From Orbicella franksi (lineage: Eukaryota): a DNA stretch of 64,000 bases. Positions 24,885 through 39,700 of this stretch are shown piece by piece; within the stretch, counting starts at the first letter, position 1, and the number at the start of each line of letters is the position of its first letter. The stretch lies in the NCBI GenBank assembly GCA_964199315.1, contig OZ116702.1, forward strand, positions 33,852,001-33,916,000, in the 5' to 3' direction. The notes below the pieces were generated by a model that saw only the letters and a list, made by a program, of their open reading frames with translations, was not told the origin of the DNA and ran no database searches. Both the position numbers and the translations under genes were made by a program.

Positions 24885-27682
24885 ATGGTAACAATACCAG
24901 AATGCGAGGGACTAGTCGAACCTCTTCTTCGCGTTCTCGAAGACAACATGGCGGCTGGTGATGATCAAGTCGACGCGTATCTCAGAATGACCGAGTAAGT
25001 GGCAAGGAAAACTGCGTTAAACATATTTAGAGGGTTCAAAAGTGAAATCAGTAAGGTGGAATATAATTTCAACCGTTAGTTTTCTTTTCAAGAGCAGATT
25101 TTCTTTAGGTCCATGATCAGACCTATGAAGTCGAGATGATTCTAATTGGCGTAGCACCTGCATGGAAAGTGTGCTATGATTCGAATACTGTCTAGATAAT
25201 TATAATAATTGTTCTTCTACATAATTTCATGCCCCATTTTTTAGCTTGGTACGTTTAATATTTTCACCAAGCAATCGAGCAAAGCCCAGCTTTCAAGCTC
25301 AGTATAATGTGATTTCTTGACAGAGCATCGGGTGTTAGGTCTTAGGTCTTCATTTTAGAATCACCCCAATGCAATTAAGAGTGAGGAGAGGCCTAATTAT
25401 ACACTTCTTTATTTTTTTTCAGCCGATTAAGAGAGGAAGAGGATGTATTTGTAAATGAACTCCTAAATTTTTTTACAAGGGTTGTCGTAGTCCTAAAGGT
25501 GAGTTAATCCTGTAATTTCCAAAAGTGAAAACTGTACTCTCCTGTACAAATTACAGCAGCAAATAAATTCAGCAACCTGCCAGAGGGGATAGAGAATTTA
25601 TGATTGTGTATGAATTTAGTGTCCCAGATTAGTGCATGTACACTGAAAGACTTACATTATCAAGAATCAAGTTTGACCCATTAATTGATATTGTTGTGAC
25701 ATAGCTCCCAAATTAATAAGTTTATTCTCAAAACAGACATGGTATGGAATGAGCATAATATTTTGTAAGATAAAGTTGTACAGATTTACAGGTTAGAGGT
25801 TATGAGTGAGGATTTGAGCAGGGCTCGAAAAAAAGTGCTGTCCATTCAACGGGGACAAGTAGATTTTCTTGCTGGATGAGTTACATTTCATTCTCGTTTG
25901 CCTAATGGGCATGGGCCCAGGCAAGTTGTCCAACAACTAAAAAGAAATGATAAGCTAAGACTTGCCCAGGACAAGTAATATTTGAGAGCTACTTGTCAGA
26001 AGGGCAAGTGGAAGCTGGAATTCAAGACTTTTTTGAGCTCTGGACTGGAGGATGGACATCAGAAACCCCAGTACATGATGAGTCATGAATGCCCCTCAGT
26101 CTCGAGTTTTCAAGTTAGGGTCTCGCTGTCATGGAGAATCATGGATTTTTCTTCCAATTGTCATGCTCTTGACTGGATTGCTGGCAGTTTTTTTGCAAAT
26201 GTCCACTGTCCATTCATTTATACACCAAAGTTTATTTGGCACTGAAGGGGGATGGATATTCTGAGCTTAGAGGGAGAAGGTTCAGGGGGGTGTAGGGGGC
26301 TAGAATAATTATTATCATGGGTTGACAGTCATTGCTAAGTAGTAAATGTTGCAACATCATTTAGATGTGTAATATTCCTTTTTCTACAGAGAGATATTCA
26401 GTCTGATAAGTCAGATCTCTGCCAAGCATCTTTACAGACTCTTGGACATTGTCTGTATCAAGAGCAGATAGCTAGGTTGGTATACGGGAGCAATTAGTAT
26501 GTATTTAATGACTGGATGGAAATGAATGTAAAAGCTTCAATTTGCAATGTCTCTAGTTTTAATGAACCCTACATGTACATAAGTTGCTGCTATTTTTGTG
26601 CCATATTATTAGAAGGCAATTTAGCTCTGTTATCTTAGATCGATTTGTTGCTATTAGTTATCTTATGGAACTGTGATCTCTCACATAGTATTGTCAAATT
26701 AATGTTAATACCATTTGAATCCTTGTTTTTGGTTCAGATATTTGTCAGTTAATTAAATTGGTAGAAACACTAATTCAATTGCAAATGTCTTTCACAGTTC
26801 AATTTGTCTCTCAGATGGTCAGGACCTCCTTCAAGGTAAGATGTTTCTTGTCTTTTACTTGCTTAAGAATTCTAAACTTCAAAATTAAAAGGTGGGCATA
26901 TTCGCAAATTCTAAAAATTTAATTATTTGGTTTCTAAAATGTTCATGAACGCATTACCAAATAGAAAACTTTGGCTGAAGGAGCTCACTTTAGGGCACTT
27001 TTTTGGAAAACTGGAATACTTGCTAGAATTGTAGTTTAACCACCAGTTGTGCTTTGATGAAGTTCAGTATTATGCTGGATGATGCATTATTCTGATGGTA
27101 AGTGGAATAACCTGTGCTGTGCTCTTGGACAAGACTCTTCATCTTCACATTGCTTTTCTACCCCAGGGTATATTATTTAACAAATAAAGAAGCCTCGACT
27201 GTGCTCTGTTCTGTTCTAAAGCACGCAGGAAGCGATAGAGCACGAAAGAAGTGTAGGGGAAAACACGAGACGTAGTCAAGTGTTTTGTCGGCGGGAATCT
27301 AGCAAAACTTGTTATTTTAGTACAGTTTTAACACTACTGTTGCTAACATTGGTTTCTGTGAGCCATATTTATTACAGACAAATAGCTTGTTTCCATTGCG
27401 TTTGTCTGAATCACAGAGGATGTTTAATTTGGGCCAAATTTGTCAAAATTCCGAAGCAAAAATTTGAAAGCCAACTTACCGTCATCAACCCGTGCTCTGT
27501 TCTCTGATAAAGCACACTCTTTCAGCCAATCAGAGTGCGCGTTATATGGAAACTTTATTATAATCAAATATAATTTTGTAATTCAGATTTGAACAAATGA
27601 TTTTAATTAGGTTACTAGGTAGGTGTCCACGATTAGTAGAGGGGACTTCTCCTCTCGGCTACTGCCTTTTGACAATAATAAA

Positions 27683-27714
<32 letters not shown>

Positions 27715-30700
27715 GGATACTGAAAAGTTATTAAATAGTGAACTGACAAAACATGCCAAGGAGTAATGCAATGAACTACATATACCATGCCATCCAGGAA
27801 CTTTCATGTTATGGAGAAACCAGTGTCATGTTCTGGTAATGATGAGTCACCAGTAGCCCCAGTGACGGATACCTCATTAATTTAACCTCGATCATGACTA
27901 AATTCCTTGTCAAATATTTTATCCCCTGTAGGTCTTCTGACAAGAATTCAAGAGTCTGAAGATAAAGGAGTTTGTACTCGGGCATTATGGTGTCTTGCTA
28001 AGCAGAATTTAGACAGGGCAATAATAAACACCAAGGTATGGTAATATAGTAATGTTAATTTTTCATTTGTGAATTGCAGGGTGGGTGTTCTTGTATTAAG
28101 CCAAACTTAGCTTGTGGATAAGCTTTATTGAAAATTATATTCAAATTTTGAAAAAAATTAAAAAAAGTTACAATGAAGCTTGTAGTCCCATTTGTAAACA
28201 AGCATAACTGGTGAAGTTTCAAAACACTGAATGTTGCAGTTGTCATAGGAGGGAATAGACCTTTCCTGCATTCCAACAAACAATGGAGCCCAGTCTAGGT
28301 CAGGGTGGAGAAAATACTTGACGTCTATGAAAATACCCAGCCTGACCTCATTCTGGTGCTGTTTCTTGAATGCACCAAAGTGAAATATTTGAATATGTTT
28401 AACCAATTGATAATAGTTAGTCATCTCAAATTGCCAGGTGACTTCTCTGTTACAAGTTTTTATTTTATCCTCAGCTGGAATCCATTCTTATCACATTGGA
28501 ATCAGTTCTCACCAAGGATCTACAGTCGGTAACTGTTGACCATGAGGCTCTCAGTGTGATTGAAAGGTAGCAATTCTGCACTGTATATCATAGTTCTATT
28601 TCATTTTGTTGTGTAATGGTCGTTGTACACATGGAAGGTGCACAGGCCTAATGGTTAGGGTTGAGGGTTTCTAGGATGCTTATTTTTCTTATTATTTATT
28701 TAGGTTACTACAGCAACTTCCCAAATCTGAAATGATCAAGAGAGTTGAATGCTGGGCAAAGTTGGTGTTTCCTCTGCTTGTTAGCTCAGCCATCAAGGTA
28801 CAATGTAAATGTAGTTATAAGAAGATTTTTTAAAGAGAAAAAACAAATGTCAGGGAATCTTTGTACACATTGAGTACACATTGAGTATTCCATCCAATCC
28901 AAGAAAATCAGCTGCAACCAAGTTGGGATTACCTTGGTGGTATGGGGCAGGGAGGAAGTTCTGTTGGGTGGAGGGGAAGAGGGACTTGAGAGGTATGTTG
29001 GTTGAAATTCATGTAGCTGAAGTGAAATTTATTACTCTGTGTAATTTAGTAATTACATCAACAATTTGTCATAACAGGACCTATTAAACAGTCCATTCTT
29101 GCAGTAAATAGACATATACTGTAGATTGTGGGTCGTCAGAAAGTTGTTTACTATGCATTTTTAAGGATTCACTTTTCATTTTGTAGGTGCGAGAGAGGGC
29201 CTTAGCTGTAATGTCTGCTGGACTGGAACACATGATGTCTTCTCAAGAAAAAGTTGTAAAACTTCTTGTTCCACTTCTGAAAGGAGTAAGTTGGACAGTT
29301 AAAATCTCCTAACTGATCCCTTATATTCTCTTTATTGATAGCTCTGAAAGTCTGGTGTTGCATCAAAACAGTATTCCCAATATTCTTGAGTTTTCTTATT
29401 TGGAAAGTATTCTAATCAGGAGGTTCTCATGACTTAATGAATATATTAATCTTTCAGTGCTTGTTGAAGGAGTTTCCAAAATTGTTTTCTGAAAAGAAGG
29501 AGTTGTTTGTGCTCAAATGCTGGTGTTGCATTGTTCCTGTTTTAGGAGAGGTAAATGATATTTGGTTTTTGATGTGCTGATGCCAAGGTCGTATTACGAT
29601 GTAATTTCCTTGTCCTCTGCTGTAGTCCACTCCAGTTTACTTGTCCAACTTTGTTTTGTTTGTCATCCCTACATTATGCACACTACCGTTCCCTAGGAAC
29701 AGCAGTGTGCACGTGCATTGCAGTGTGCGGTGTAGTGTGCATTTAATAAATAAAATTAAGATAAATATATCAGTAACAGGCTTGGTATTTAACATCAGTT
29801 TCTCTTTTGCAGACTCTACACCGAGGAGGAAGTTTGATTAATGACTTATTAAAGCTTGTAGAGCAGGTACCCTCCAACATTGCACTTTGGTTATTATAAA
29901 AAAGCACGAGGCTCTATCTGAGAAACTTTGTTGACAAACAGTTAAGATGCCATGAAATTATTCCTATTTAATAGGCTTGAGTGCTTGCTTTTTGTATAGA
30001 CGGCTGAAATGTTTTATTGACTTGGTTCAAGTTAAGGGCTTTGACAGCAGGATTTTGTGTACATGTACATGTATCTGGGGTGGATCTAGGAGGATTTGGT
30101 CAAACCCCCTCAATTAAATATAATTAGACATTAGAACATGGTGACTTGACCTCAGAATGTTGGAAATCCCATTTCCGAGGACCTCAATTTTAAAAATTTT
30201 CCAGGGGAGGATGCCCTCAGACCCTCCCACAGGGGACAGCCTTCAGCATTCCATGTTTTGAACCCCCTTCTCTAAAATCCTGTATCCACCCTAGATGTAT
30301 GGAACTTGTCTTATCGAGCTTCCAGATCAAACGGCACTACTTAGAGTGCTGATTTGAATGTCTGACTCAAAATCAAAATCAGTTTTGATCTCTTAATTTA
30401 CATTGTTTTATTGCGTTTAGGGATTCCGCAATCCTTCACCAGAGGTCCAAGTGATGTCCTTTTCTGCATGGAATATCTTGATTGATAACTTTGCCCTCTC
30501 ACCAGGTACATGTCTATGTAAAGACAGCTTCAGTTTCTGCCATGATTTTCCCGGGTGTCCAGGCCAGTGGCTAGTCTCACTGCACTTACAGTATGATATG
30601 TGCCTATGCCTAGGTTCCATTAAAGAGCCTAGTAGCTTAAGGGTCATCACTGACCTCCGGTTTCCATAGCTACAATAATACAATGAATCCAATGTGACCA

Positions 30701-33700
30701 CTGTCATAATATAATTATTATTTTAGATGTCCTTTGCAGTCCGAGGAGGGTCAAACTCATTATGACTCCATTAAGGGTATGTTACATAATTTCTATTTTC
30801 NNNNNNNNNNNNNNNNNNNNNNNNNNNNNNNNNNNNNNNNNNNNNNNNNNNNNNNNNNNNNNNNNNNNNNNNNNNNNNNNNNNNNNNNNNNNNNNNNNNN
30901 NNNNNNNNNNNNNNNNNNNNNNNNNNNNNNNNNNNNNNNNNNNNNNNNNNNNNNNNNNNNNNNNNNNNNNNNNNNNNNNNNNNNNNNNNNNNNNNNNNNN
31001 ACATTTATTTGGAGACTCTAGGTATCCTGAGAGTTGAAGCACAAAATTGAATTCAATATTATGACATTTGTGTGTCATTTCAGAACCTTGCAGTCAAAGA
31101 GAGGAATGAGTCAGTTGAAGCAGCAAGACTTTCTGCTTGGTGGCATTTTGTCTGTTTGTTAGGCTCCAGAGTTCAAGAGCTATTTGATCAGGTATTATTT
31201 GTCACTACATGTAGTAACTGTCAGTTGCGGCAATTTTTTTTTCAATTGCGGCAATTGATACCACTACCGTCATCATAATAGTATTGTCAGTGTAGTCACT
31301 ATTATCATCATCGTTATCATGGATGTCAAAAACCCTATTATTGTATATTTTCCAAGGCTGCTGCCTAACGGGCGCCCAGTCGCCTGAGGCGCCTAACTTA
31401 CGAGTGCGGGCGACTAAAGTTTTGTTCAAGGAGCCCGAGTGGGTGCCTAAACATGGAGTTTTGTTTCCCATGTAATATGTCCAATGACTTCAATCTTCTC
31501 ATGAAATTGGTCAAAAAATCGTTCACACAATAAATTAAATGGAAAACAACAGCTACTCTGGTCCTGTTTTGCTTTTATCAAGAGAAATCTGGGCAAAAGC
31601 ACGGCAACAAAGTCTCTGTCCGCTCACGAAACAGCCAAAAACAGCCATGTTTGAAAATTGCCCTATAATGCATTGCAAGCTCAGTATTGAATAACTGTAC
31701 ATCATGTATGCCAATGGATTGTGTCTGTTGATGCCTTACTGATTCCAAGTTGCAAATTAACTACTTTGATAGCAAATATTTTTGGAATTGGAGTGATGAT
31801 CCTGCTGACATTATATTTACAGTTGAAAAAAGATAAATGTGTCTAAATATTTGTCTGATACTTCAGAAAACTTCACTTAGATGTACTGAATGAATTTCTT
31901 TAGGTTCTGAAAGGATAATTCAAGTAACTAGCCACCAAAAAGAACACATCATTGCAATTCTCTTTGCATACTAGGGTTCTATATTTTAAATTATCAAATC
32001 AATTGTCGCGACTCCACCCAATATACAAGAATTTATTTTCTCCAAAGAAGTGGCCAATATTGCTGTAATGTTGCCTCAAAATCACCTTTAGTTTATACTA
32101 ATGTCCCAAGCCCGGGGAAGGAACACACATTTCAGTGAGGCCAAATTCAACCCCCCCCCCCCCCCAAAAAGCCTCTTTCATTTTTGTTTGTTTTCATTTG
32201 TGGCTTGCATTTCATGATTTGTACAACATATTTTGTCTTTTTAAAATAGAATTGCAAAACTCAAAAACAAAAGCAGCAATATAAATGTTTATAAAAAAAA
32301 GCTGCAGCACCTGCATTGATACACCAATAATTGAGTTTGACCAGAAATAGTATTCTTTCTCAGTCATGACCTGATCACTTTGCTAAATGCTTTATTTATA
32401 AAATTTGATTGATATTAGACCATATTAGTGTCTCATGGAAAATCTCTGCCCCAGGACCCCTCCCCAAAATTTACACAATTAACTCCCCGCCATCTTCCTC
32501 AACCTCCTCAACCTCCCCCCCCCCCCCCCCCCCAGATTGACCATGGAGAATTTTACTTGGGCTCCTAAAAAAGTGGCTTGGGCTCCTAACTTTTGGTGGA
32601 AGAAGCCCAAAGGGTTCCTTAAAAATTTCCTTAGGCAACAGCCTTGTTTTCCATATCCACTGGTGAAGATACATGTATTGATGACAACATTTCCTGTCTT
32701 TTCGTAGTTGTTAGTGCAAACAGTCAGTTTGGTCAGTTTGTCTATGTATAAAAGAAAATAACACAGTGGCTTGAAAACACGAACATGATTTTCTTATGTA
32801 AAAAAAAAGAAAAATTGACCACTTGAAAATAAAATTCATATCTTCATGCCACTGTGTAATATCCTGTAGTTATCTTTGTTGTGGTCATCATTTTGATAAT
32901 TTATAACTGCCATCATCACCATAATCATTAATTAGTATTGCACTTGAGAAATTAACCTTGAGGCAAACGACACTGAAGTTGGATTTCATCTCGCAATAAT
33001 ATTGTTGTATCCACATAATTTCTTTTTTCCACTATTTTGTAAATTCCAGGTTTGTACCCCACTGCTTCAGTTTATATTTGGAGTAGCCATTGATCAAGTT
33101 AGCTTACTGAAGACCAAAGAAGGACTTGGTGATCTCAAATGTCCTCCAACACCAACGAACAGCAAACTCTTGGCAGACATGATGGCAGAAACACCCAAAT
33201 CAACCATCCGTAGATCTCTCAAGGAAATGGGTACCCCTAGAACTCCTACTGTGTTAAATGCAAGCTTTGCCAAAACAGCTAAACAGAAACTCCTTGCACA
33301 AGGATGTGAAATATTGCTAGAATTGCTTATGACAGATGACCAGGAGATCAATGGAAACTCGAGTTTAATAGTCACACTAGGTAAGAGATTTCTCTGTTAC
33401 TGTTGGACATTCATGGAAAAATTTGACTGTTTCTTTTTTTTAATTTCTCCTTTCGGTAAAACTGATCGACTTATAACTTATAACTCATATCCTAGCTGAA
33501 AGACTGCAGACAGTGATTTTCAAGAGACCAGAAGATTTTAAGAGATATGCTTGCTTATTGACAAATGCTATAAGAGAAGGATTCAGAGCTCTGAGTACTG
33601 ACCTTGCAGGTAAGAAACAGGATAATAGTTACCTGTACATGCAAGTCACAGCATAGCCAACACCATAAGAGTGTGATGCCACAGCATCCCCAACAGGTAT

Positions 33701-36700
33701 ATGGTTGAGTATGTGAGTCACAATCTACCCACACATTGAGGGTGTGATGCCACAGGTTTACCAATAGGAAGGTCATTCTCCTTTGTTTTATGCATGCACA
33801 CTTCTATATCTTACTTGCATTTCATTCTTTTCAACTGCAGAACCTTTAGGAATGAAAGTGTGGACCCTGCTTACTAAGAGAATACATGAACTACTAGAAA
33901 AAGGTGATAAAAGTTAAATGCAGTTGTTTAATCCTTTCGTGAGGCATTATCATAGAAATGCTTTTCTTTCCAAACTGACGACAATGAACTTTCAATTTTC
34001 TATGAAAGGCTCCTCGTCAGACTATGGAGAAACCTTACTGCCCTTGCTTGCCGTCATGCAGGACTTTGTGGACAATAGTCTATTGGCACCAAGTTTAGTT
34101 CTTGTAAGTTTTCAGTAAATTTTATCAATAAACAATAAGTAATAATACCATCTTGTATGGGAGATGCTTATATGGTTGGTGCACTGGTCAGACGTTTTTA
34201 CTTGTTCTAGTTATAACCCCAGTTCTACTAAACAACCAGTGTTTATGATAAACATGCAACAAGCTATTAATTTAGATGGAAAGTGCTACAAGATTGATTG
34301 TATTCCCACAGAAAATGCTACAAGAGCTGTGCAGTCTGCCTCCTGAAGTATTAAGCCATCACATGGCATCACTGCATTCTAAAGACAATCCACAAGGGTC
34401 GCCAGCTCTTCTTCTTCTTCAGCTGTTGTTGACACCACACTTGCTGTCAAATATCTGGCAAAATGAAAGGTTTGAAGAATTAATACGTCACAATAAATTC
34501 ATAAGCTTTCCTGTATTCAGTTAGATAATAATGGAATATCTATAGTTTTCAATCATCCAGCTTTTTTGTTCCCCAAATTACCTTCAGATGCTTGTAATAA
34601 TTATTTTTCTTATGCGACGACATGAAACAAAGGGGTCTTGACAGTTGCTTAATACATGTATGTAACACACAATTTTTCCCAGAATTGGGTCCAGATTGGG
34701 GCTCAAACAAAGATTCAGAATGGTGTCCAGAATGGAACTTAGATTGGAGTCCTGATTGGGTTCTAGATAAGAGAGTACCCAGAATGAAGGCTGCTTTTTG
34801 CACCTGGATTAAACAGAGTAGTGGCTTCATCTTATTTTTCAGCAGCCTCACTTTGCAGTTAACTCATCATGACTATTGCTTCATCTACAGGTTTCATGTG
34901 GCATTTGAACATCTCACTGCTTGTGGAATGTCAACAGCCTCTGGACAGTTGTTCTTCTTGCAGACTGTTTTAAATCTCCTTGTGAAAGCATCAAGGTACA
35001 GTGCAAGCAAAATTCAGGACACATGTGCTTACATTAAGGGTTCCAAAATTACTTGCCATGTAGTATGATTGTTAATATTTTATAGTAATAGCTCAAAGGA
35101 TTTTTTTGTGTTGCTTTTCAGTGTTGTCTTGAGCAAAGATGCTTTGTGGAGATTGTGGTGTTGTATTGTGGATCACCTCAATGAGCACATCCAAAAGGTA
35201 TCATCACTCTTATCTTGTACATTGAATGTCATTTGTCTGTGGCATGATATCTACAGTATTTAATGACTATGTTACATGCTCTACTGGTGTACGAACAACT
35301 GAACTAAATGGAAGATATGTCATCAAAAAAATCTGTGTGTGTGTGAACTGCAACCTAGTGGAGGGGTGGGGGTAGGTGAAAGATTTTGTTACCAGTGCTT
35401 GTCAGAAACTGTTTGGGGGTCTCCCACTTGGATCACATGACCTTCTGTAGGCTTCCATGTAAATTCAATCTAATTTACCTGCCACGTACAGTAATTGCCA
35501 TTTTTGTCATTGATCAATATACCTTGATAATTTTAGTCATCAATATGACTGTTTTGTTCATGTTGGTCATCATTGCTTATTTCAGACCAATGATGTCAAC
35601 CAAGGAGATGCTCTAGAACATGACTTCAGTACTCTATACTCAGCTCTAACATTTCCTGTTAAACATCTTCTGGATGCAAAGTTACCTCAGGTATTCTTAA
35701 ACTACGCTGGTACACATGTCCTGACCTTACTTCGTTTAGTTCTAACCCTCTCAATAGAGAGATCTCTCCCAATAGAGAGATCTCTCCCAATAGTGTAGCA
35801 TTGCGTGACAGGAAGAGCATATTTTTGTTTAATATTTTTTGTCTCCTACAGGAACTAGGCAAAGAGGTGAACAAGACTCTTGTGGAGTTGTACCGATCGT
35901 TCTCCCGAGCGGCTGCTCTTGTGCCCACAGCAGAAGCTAACATTTGCTGCGAGGAGCTGTGTACCAGAATTCTTTCTGTGGGCAGTGACTGGAAAAATAA
36001 GGTGAGCACAAATGTGGCAGACATGAGTATTTAATAAATTATAATAATTTTGTCCTTACTTCAATCCAATAAAAATAAGAAGAAACAATGGACATAAGCT
36101 AATAAAAGTCAACTGAATACATAACTGTATTTCTTGGTTTTTAAAGAGAGAACAAATTCCTCTTTTTTCCCCAGGATCTCATCTTTGTTGACACCCTAGT
36201 GAATCTTATAGTAGTGGCTATTGAATGCCTTGACTTCTCAATCCCTGGTTTATTTGCTATGGCAACCACAGTGGCAGGAAAATCACCCAACACCACCCCT
36301 ACTAAGTGGAATAAACGACTTCAAAAACCCATGGGAAATTTCACCAGTGTGGTAAACTTGGCAGCTAAGTTGCTCTCAGCATGCGAGAGAACAAGCGACA
36401 GTAAGGTAACCGTGTTGACATGTCACATAACCTCATGTTCCTTTTTTAAACTGCTTCCTCCAGTGCTCTACTCCTATAAAGAAGTGCTGTGGGAACACAG
36501 TGCAAAAATTTATTGGAGGTTTCTGAAAACTCCACGTTTTAATCTTGACCTTTACCTCAAAATTCCACAGCGTCATACAATTTTTCTTAGCCTTAATATG
36601 CGTTTCTATGCATCACATCTCAATCTACATTTGCTTCGAAATTCTCTGAACTTTCTTACGAAACTTTCTTCGCGAACTTCGCGAACTAACTTACATGCAC

Positions 36701-39700
36701 ATACTAATTCTCAAAAGAGTAAAGTTGAACTTACTTATTCAAAACAAAATGTCACGAGCACACGAAACTTATCACATCAGTCAGATTCTATTGATATTCT
36801 ATTCAATGGATGTTCATTTGGCTTGTCAATTATTCGAATTCACATGCTAGCAGGCATTCTTAAAATATTTTCGGTCGACACGCATACAAAAGACACAACA
36901 GTTTCCTTGCCTTATCTAAAATGTTTGTTATTGTATATATGTTTGTTTTTATTGTGGTAAATAAATGATGTTGATGCTGATGATGATGAAGTGCCAGTTT
37001 TCATAGCAGTAACACTAAACACTGTCAATATTATGCCAGTTACATATTTTGTTATTATAACAGGAGTCGATGCAGACGCTCGGTATCCTGACAGCTGTTC
37101 TTACAAACCTGATTGACAAGCTTTCATACCTGTTTGTTCATGTTAATGGGGCCATAACAATAACTGCTGTTCTCAAGGCGCTTGCCCCAGCTCTTGTACG
37201 TTTCATAGAGAATGCGCACACGAGGTACTGTAACTACAAGTTTGTCATACAATATTTGAGTAAACTGTCAACTGACTGATTGATTTAATTAGTGATAATT
37301 AATTTAGTACACATGTTACTTCACCGTGATTGGCTGAGAGTAGGAAAATATATCTAAAGGTTTTAAAATTTGCACTACGGTGCAAATTAAAACAGACATG
37401 TTCATTATAATAATTTTCTTTGGGAAATATTAAATGTACATCACATGAAAGCGCAAGCAATTTAAGGATTTATAGTACTTGTGATAATCATAATTTTTTG
37501 AAAATTCTTTCAAAATTCACTTGCCTAATCTGTAATTGCACTTGCATTTTGTTTTCAATTTTTTTTCTTTAAACAGTATAAAGATCACTGAAACCACTTT
37601 GGACAAGAGGCTTTTTACAACAAGGCTTATTCAAAAGGTAAATCACAATCAAAGATGATTCTGAGTGCCAAAATTTTCATTCATATACTGAGTGTGGTCT
37701 CATGTTTTGAATTTCAGCTTGAGAAACTGTGGGCAGACATTCTCACTTGTATTCAAAGTCGTCACTGTGGACCTTACAACTCTGATCTGTTGACCATCAT
37801 GTCTCCACTTTTGGTAAGGTGTAACACATTGCATTCTGGCTTCAGCCACTTTTTACAAACCTCTTACCACCCCCACCCCTCTCCTTCGATATCCACATTA
37901 TTTTTATTGTTGAATTCTACAACTGAGTCCTTAACTTGACAAATTATTTCCTTTTTACAGGAGGTGACGTTAGGTCATCCAAAAAGAAATATAAAGAACC
38001 ATGCCGTCATGTTCTGGAATGCCACGTTTGCTCACTCGCAAACCTTGAAGTACCCAGAAAATCTGAGGTACGTTTTAATTTATTTTCTTCTGCAATTGGC
38101 TTTTCTGGATGTACTTTTCAAGTTATAACCGGTTCACTATTTCCTTTTGCAGACCAGTTCTTCAGATTGCTAAAGACAAAGTGCCACTTACTCTGCCAGG
38201 CTGGGAAAACGTAAGGGTGTGATTGTTCACGCAGTTTTTTTCAAAGCAATCTTGTCCTTGTTGTTACTTGGTTAACTGGTACCTCATGCCTAATGTTTCC
38301 TTCAGCGAACACGTTTGTCTCAAACTTCAGCTTAACAAATCCAGGTCAGAAGTTTCAGGGTGTGTTCTTTCACTCTTGATCACTGTTTAATTATTATTTT
38401 TTTCAGATCTCAGTTAAAGAAACACAGCTGGACCTTGAGGCAAGTTACTTCATATAAGATATTTCTGATCTTTAAGAGAGTTCAGTATGTCTGTTCAATA
38501 CGTGAATCATTGCCTAGCATTAGCACTATGAACCTCTTGAAACAAACAATGCGTTCACAATTGATCAGTTTTTCATCAATTTTTGTTAATCTCCTAATGT
38601 GAAAAGTTTTGCTGCAAAATTATTGTAAATATACCAACAATTTTTTTTAGAAAAATCAATTTTTCATTTTCTCTCAGTCTGAGGAACTCACTCAGCATGA
38701 TGACCTCGTTAAACCGCTGCCATACGGTATCCTGGGCTCTCCTCAGAAGCGCAAGCAAATGGCTATTTCAGGGGGTTCCCCTCAGTTGAAAGGAAGTTTC
38801 TTACACAAAGCAGTGAGTGCCGAGAAAGCCGTGGAAAACGCGTCACCAAAAATGGTAAGAACTGCTGCGCATGTCACAGTTTGGCAGGCTTATGCAGGGG
38901 TGCCACAGGCCAGGAAATTGTCAGAGAAAAAAAAATTCTTCAAGGTCAGGGAAAAATCAGGCAATGTTATTTTGAGTGAGGGAAAATTTACATTTTGAAG
39001 AAAAGTCTGGAAAAATTGAAATAGTTTAAAACGGCTGCTTTAATACCATTAAAGGCTGGGGTCATTGTGATCTCAACGATATTTTCCCTTAATGAAGAAG
39101 GAAGATTTGTTGAAAATTATCACTCTTAATAAACGAGGGGAAGAAGAAGCCGCTTCTAGACCTGACATTTTGCATTTCGTTGGTCAGGGAAATTTTATTT
39201 TTATCACGGAAAAGTCAGGGAATTTTGAAAGGGATGTCTGTGGCAACCATGTAATGGCACCTCTTTTTTTTTCAGATTACACGATCACCAAAACTTGGAC
39301 GTCCTAGAAATTCCCCAGCTAATATGCATGTCAGGAGAAAATTACCACTGTCCAAGTTTGACGATGACGACGACCAGGTTAGTGCATTGTTTCGTAGGGT
39401 TAGGACGGGCGGAACTGATGCCTGGTGGTATGAAACAAGTTGTTAGAAAATGTCATTGAATTATTCTTTCAGCAAGAACTAGTTTGCTTAAGTGTATTTT
39501 TTTTTATATTAATTTTCTTGTTTGCAGGAATACGTTATGATCGCACCGTCACCGAAAAAGAAGAGAGTGTTGACGGAACATCAAAAAGAGATCATGCGCA
39601 GTAGAAGGTCAGGAAATCAACCTGTACTGCCTTTTCTTGTTTTTCCTGTTTGTTATTTTGGCCTGAAAGGAAAGGACTTTATAAACAATGTCGCTCATTA

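Noticed and set aside
27839-27900. Possible intronic box C/D snoRNA (ATGATGA motif; another at about 26070)
   Set aside because: No properly spaced box D (CTGA) with a terminal stem, and no recognisable antisense guide.
30734-31078. ORFs spanning the N run
   Set aside because: Artefacts of translating an assembly gap.
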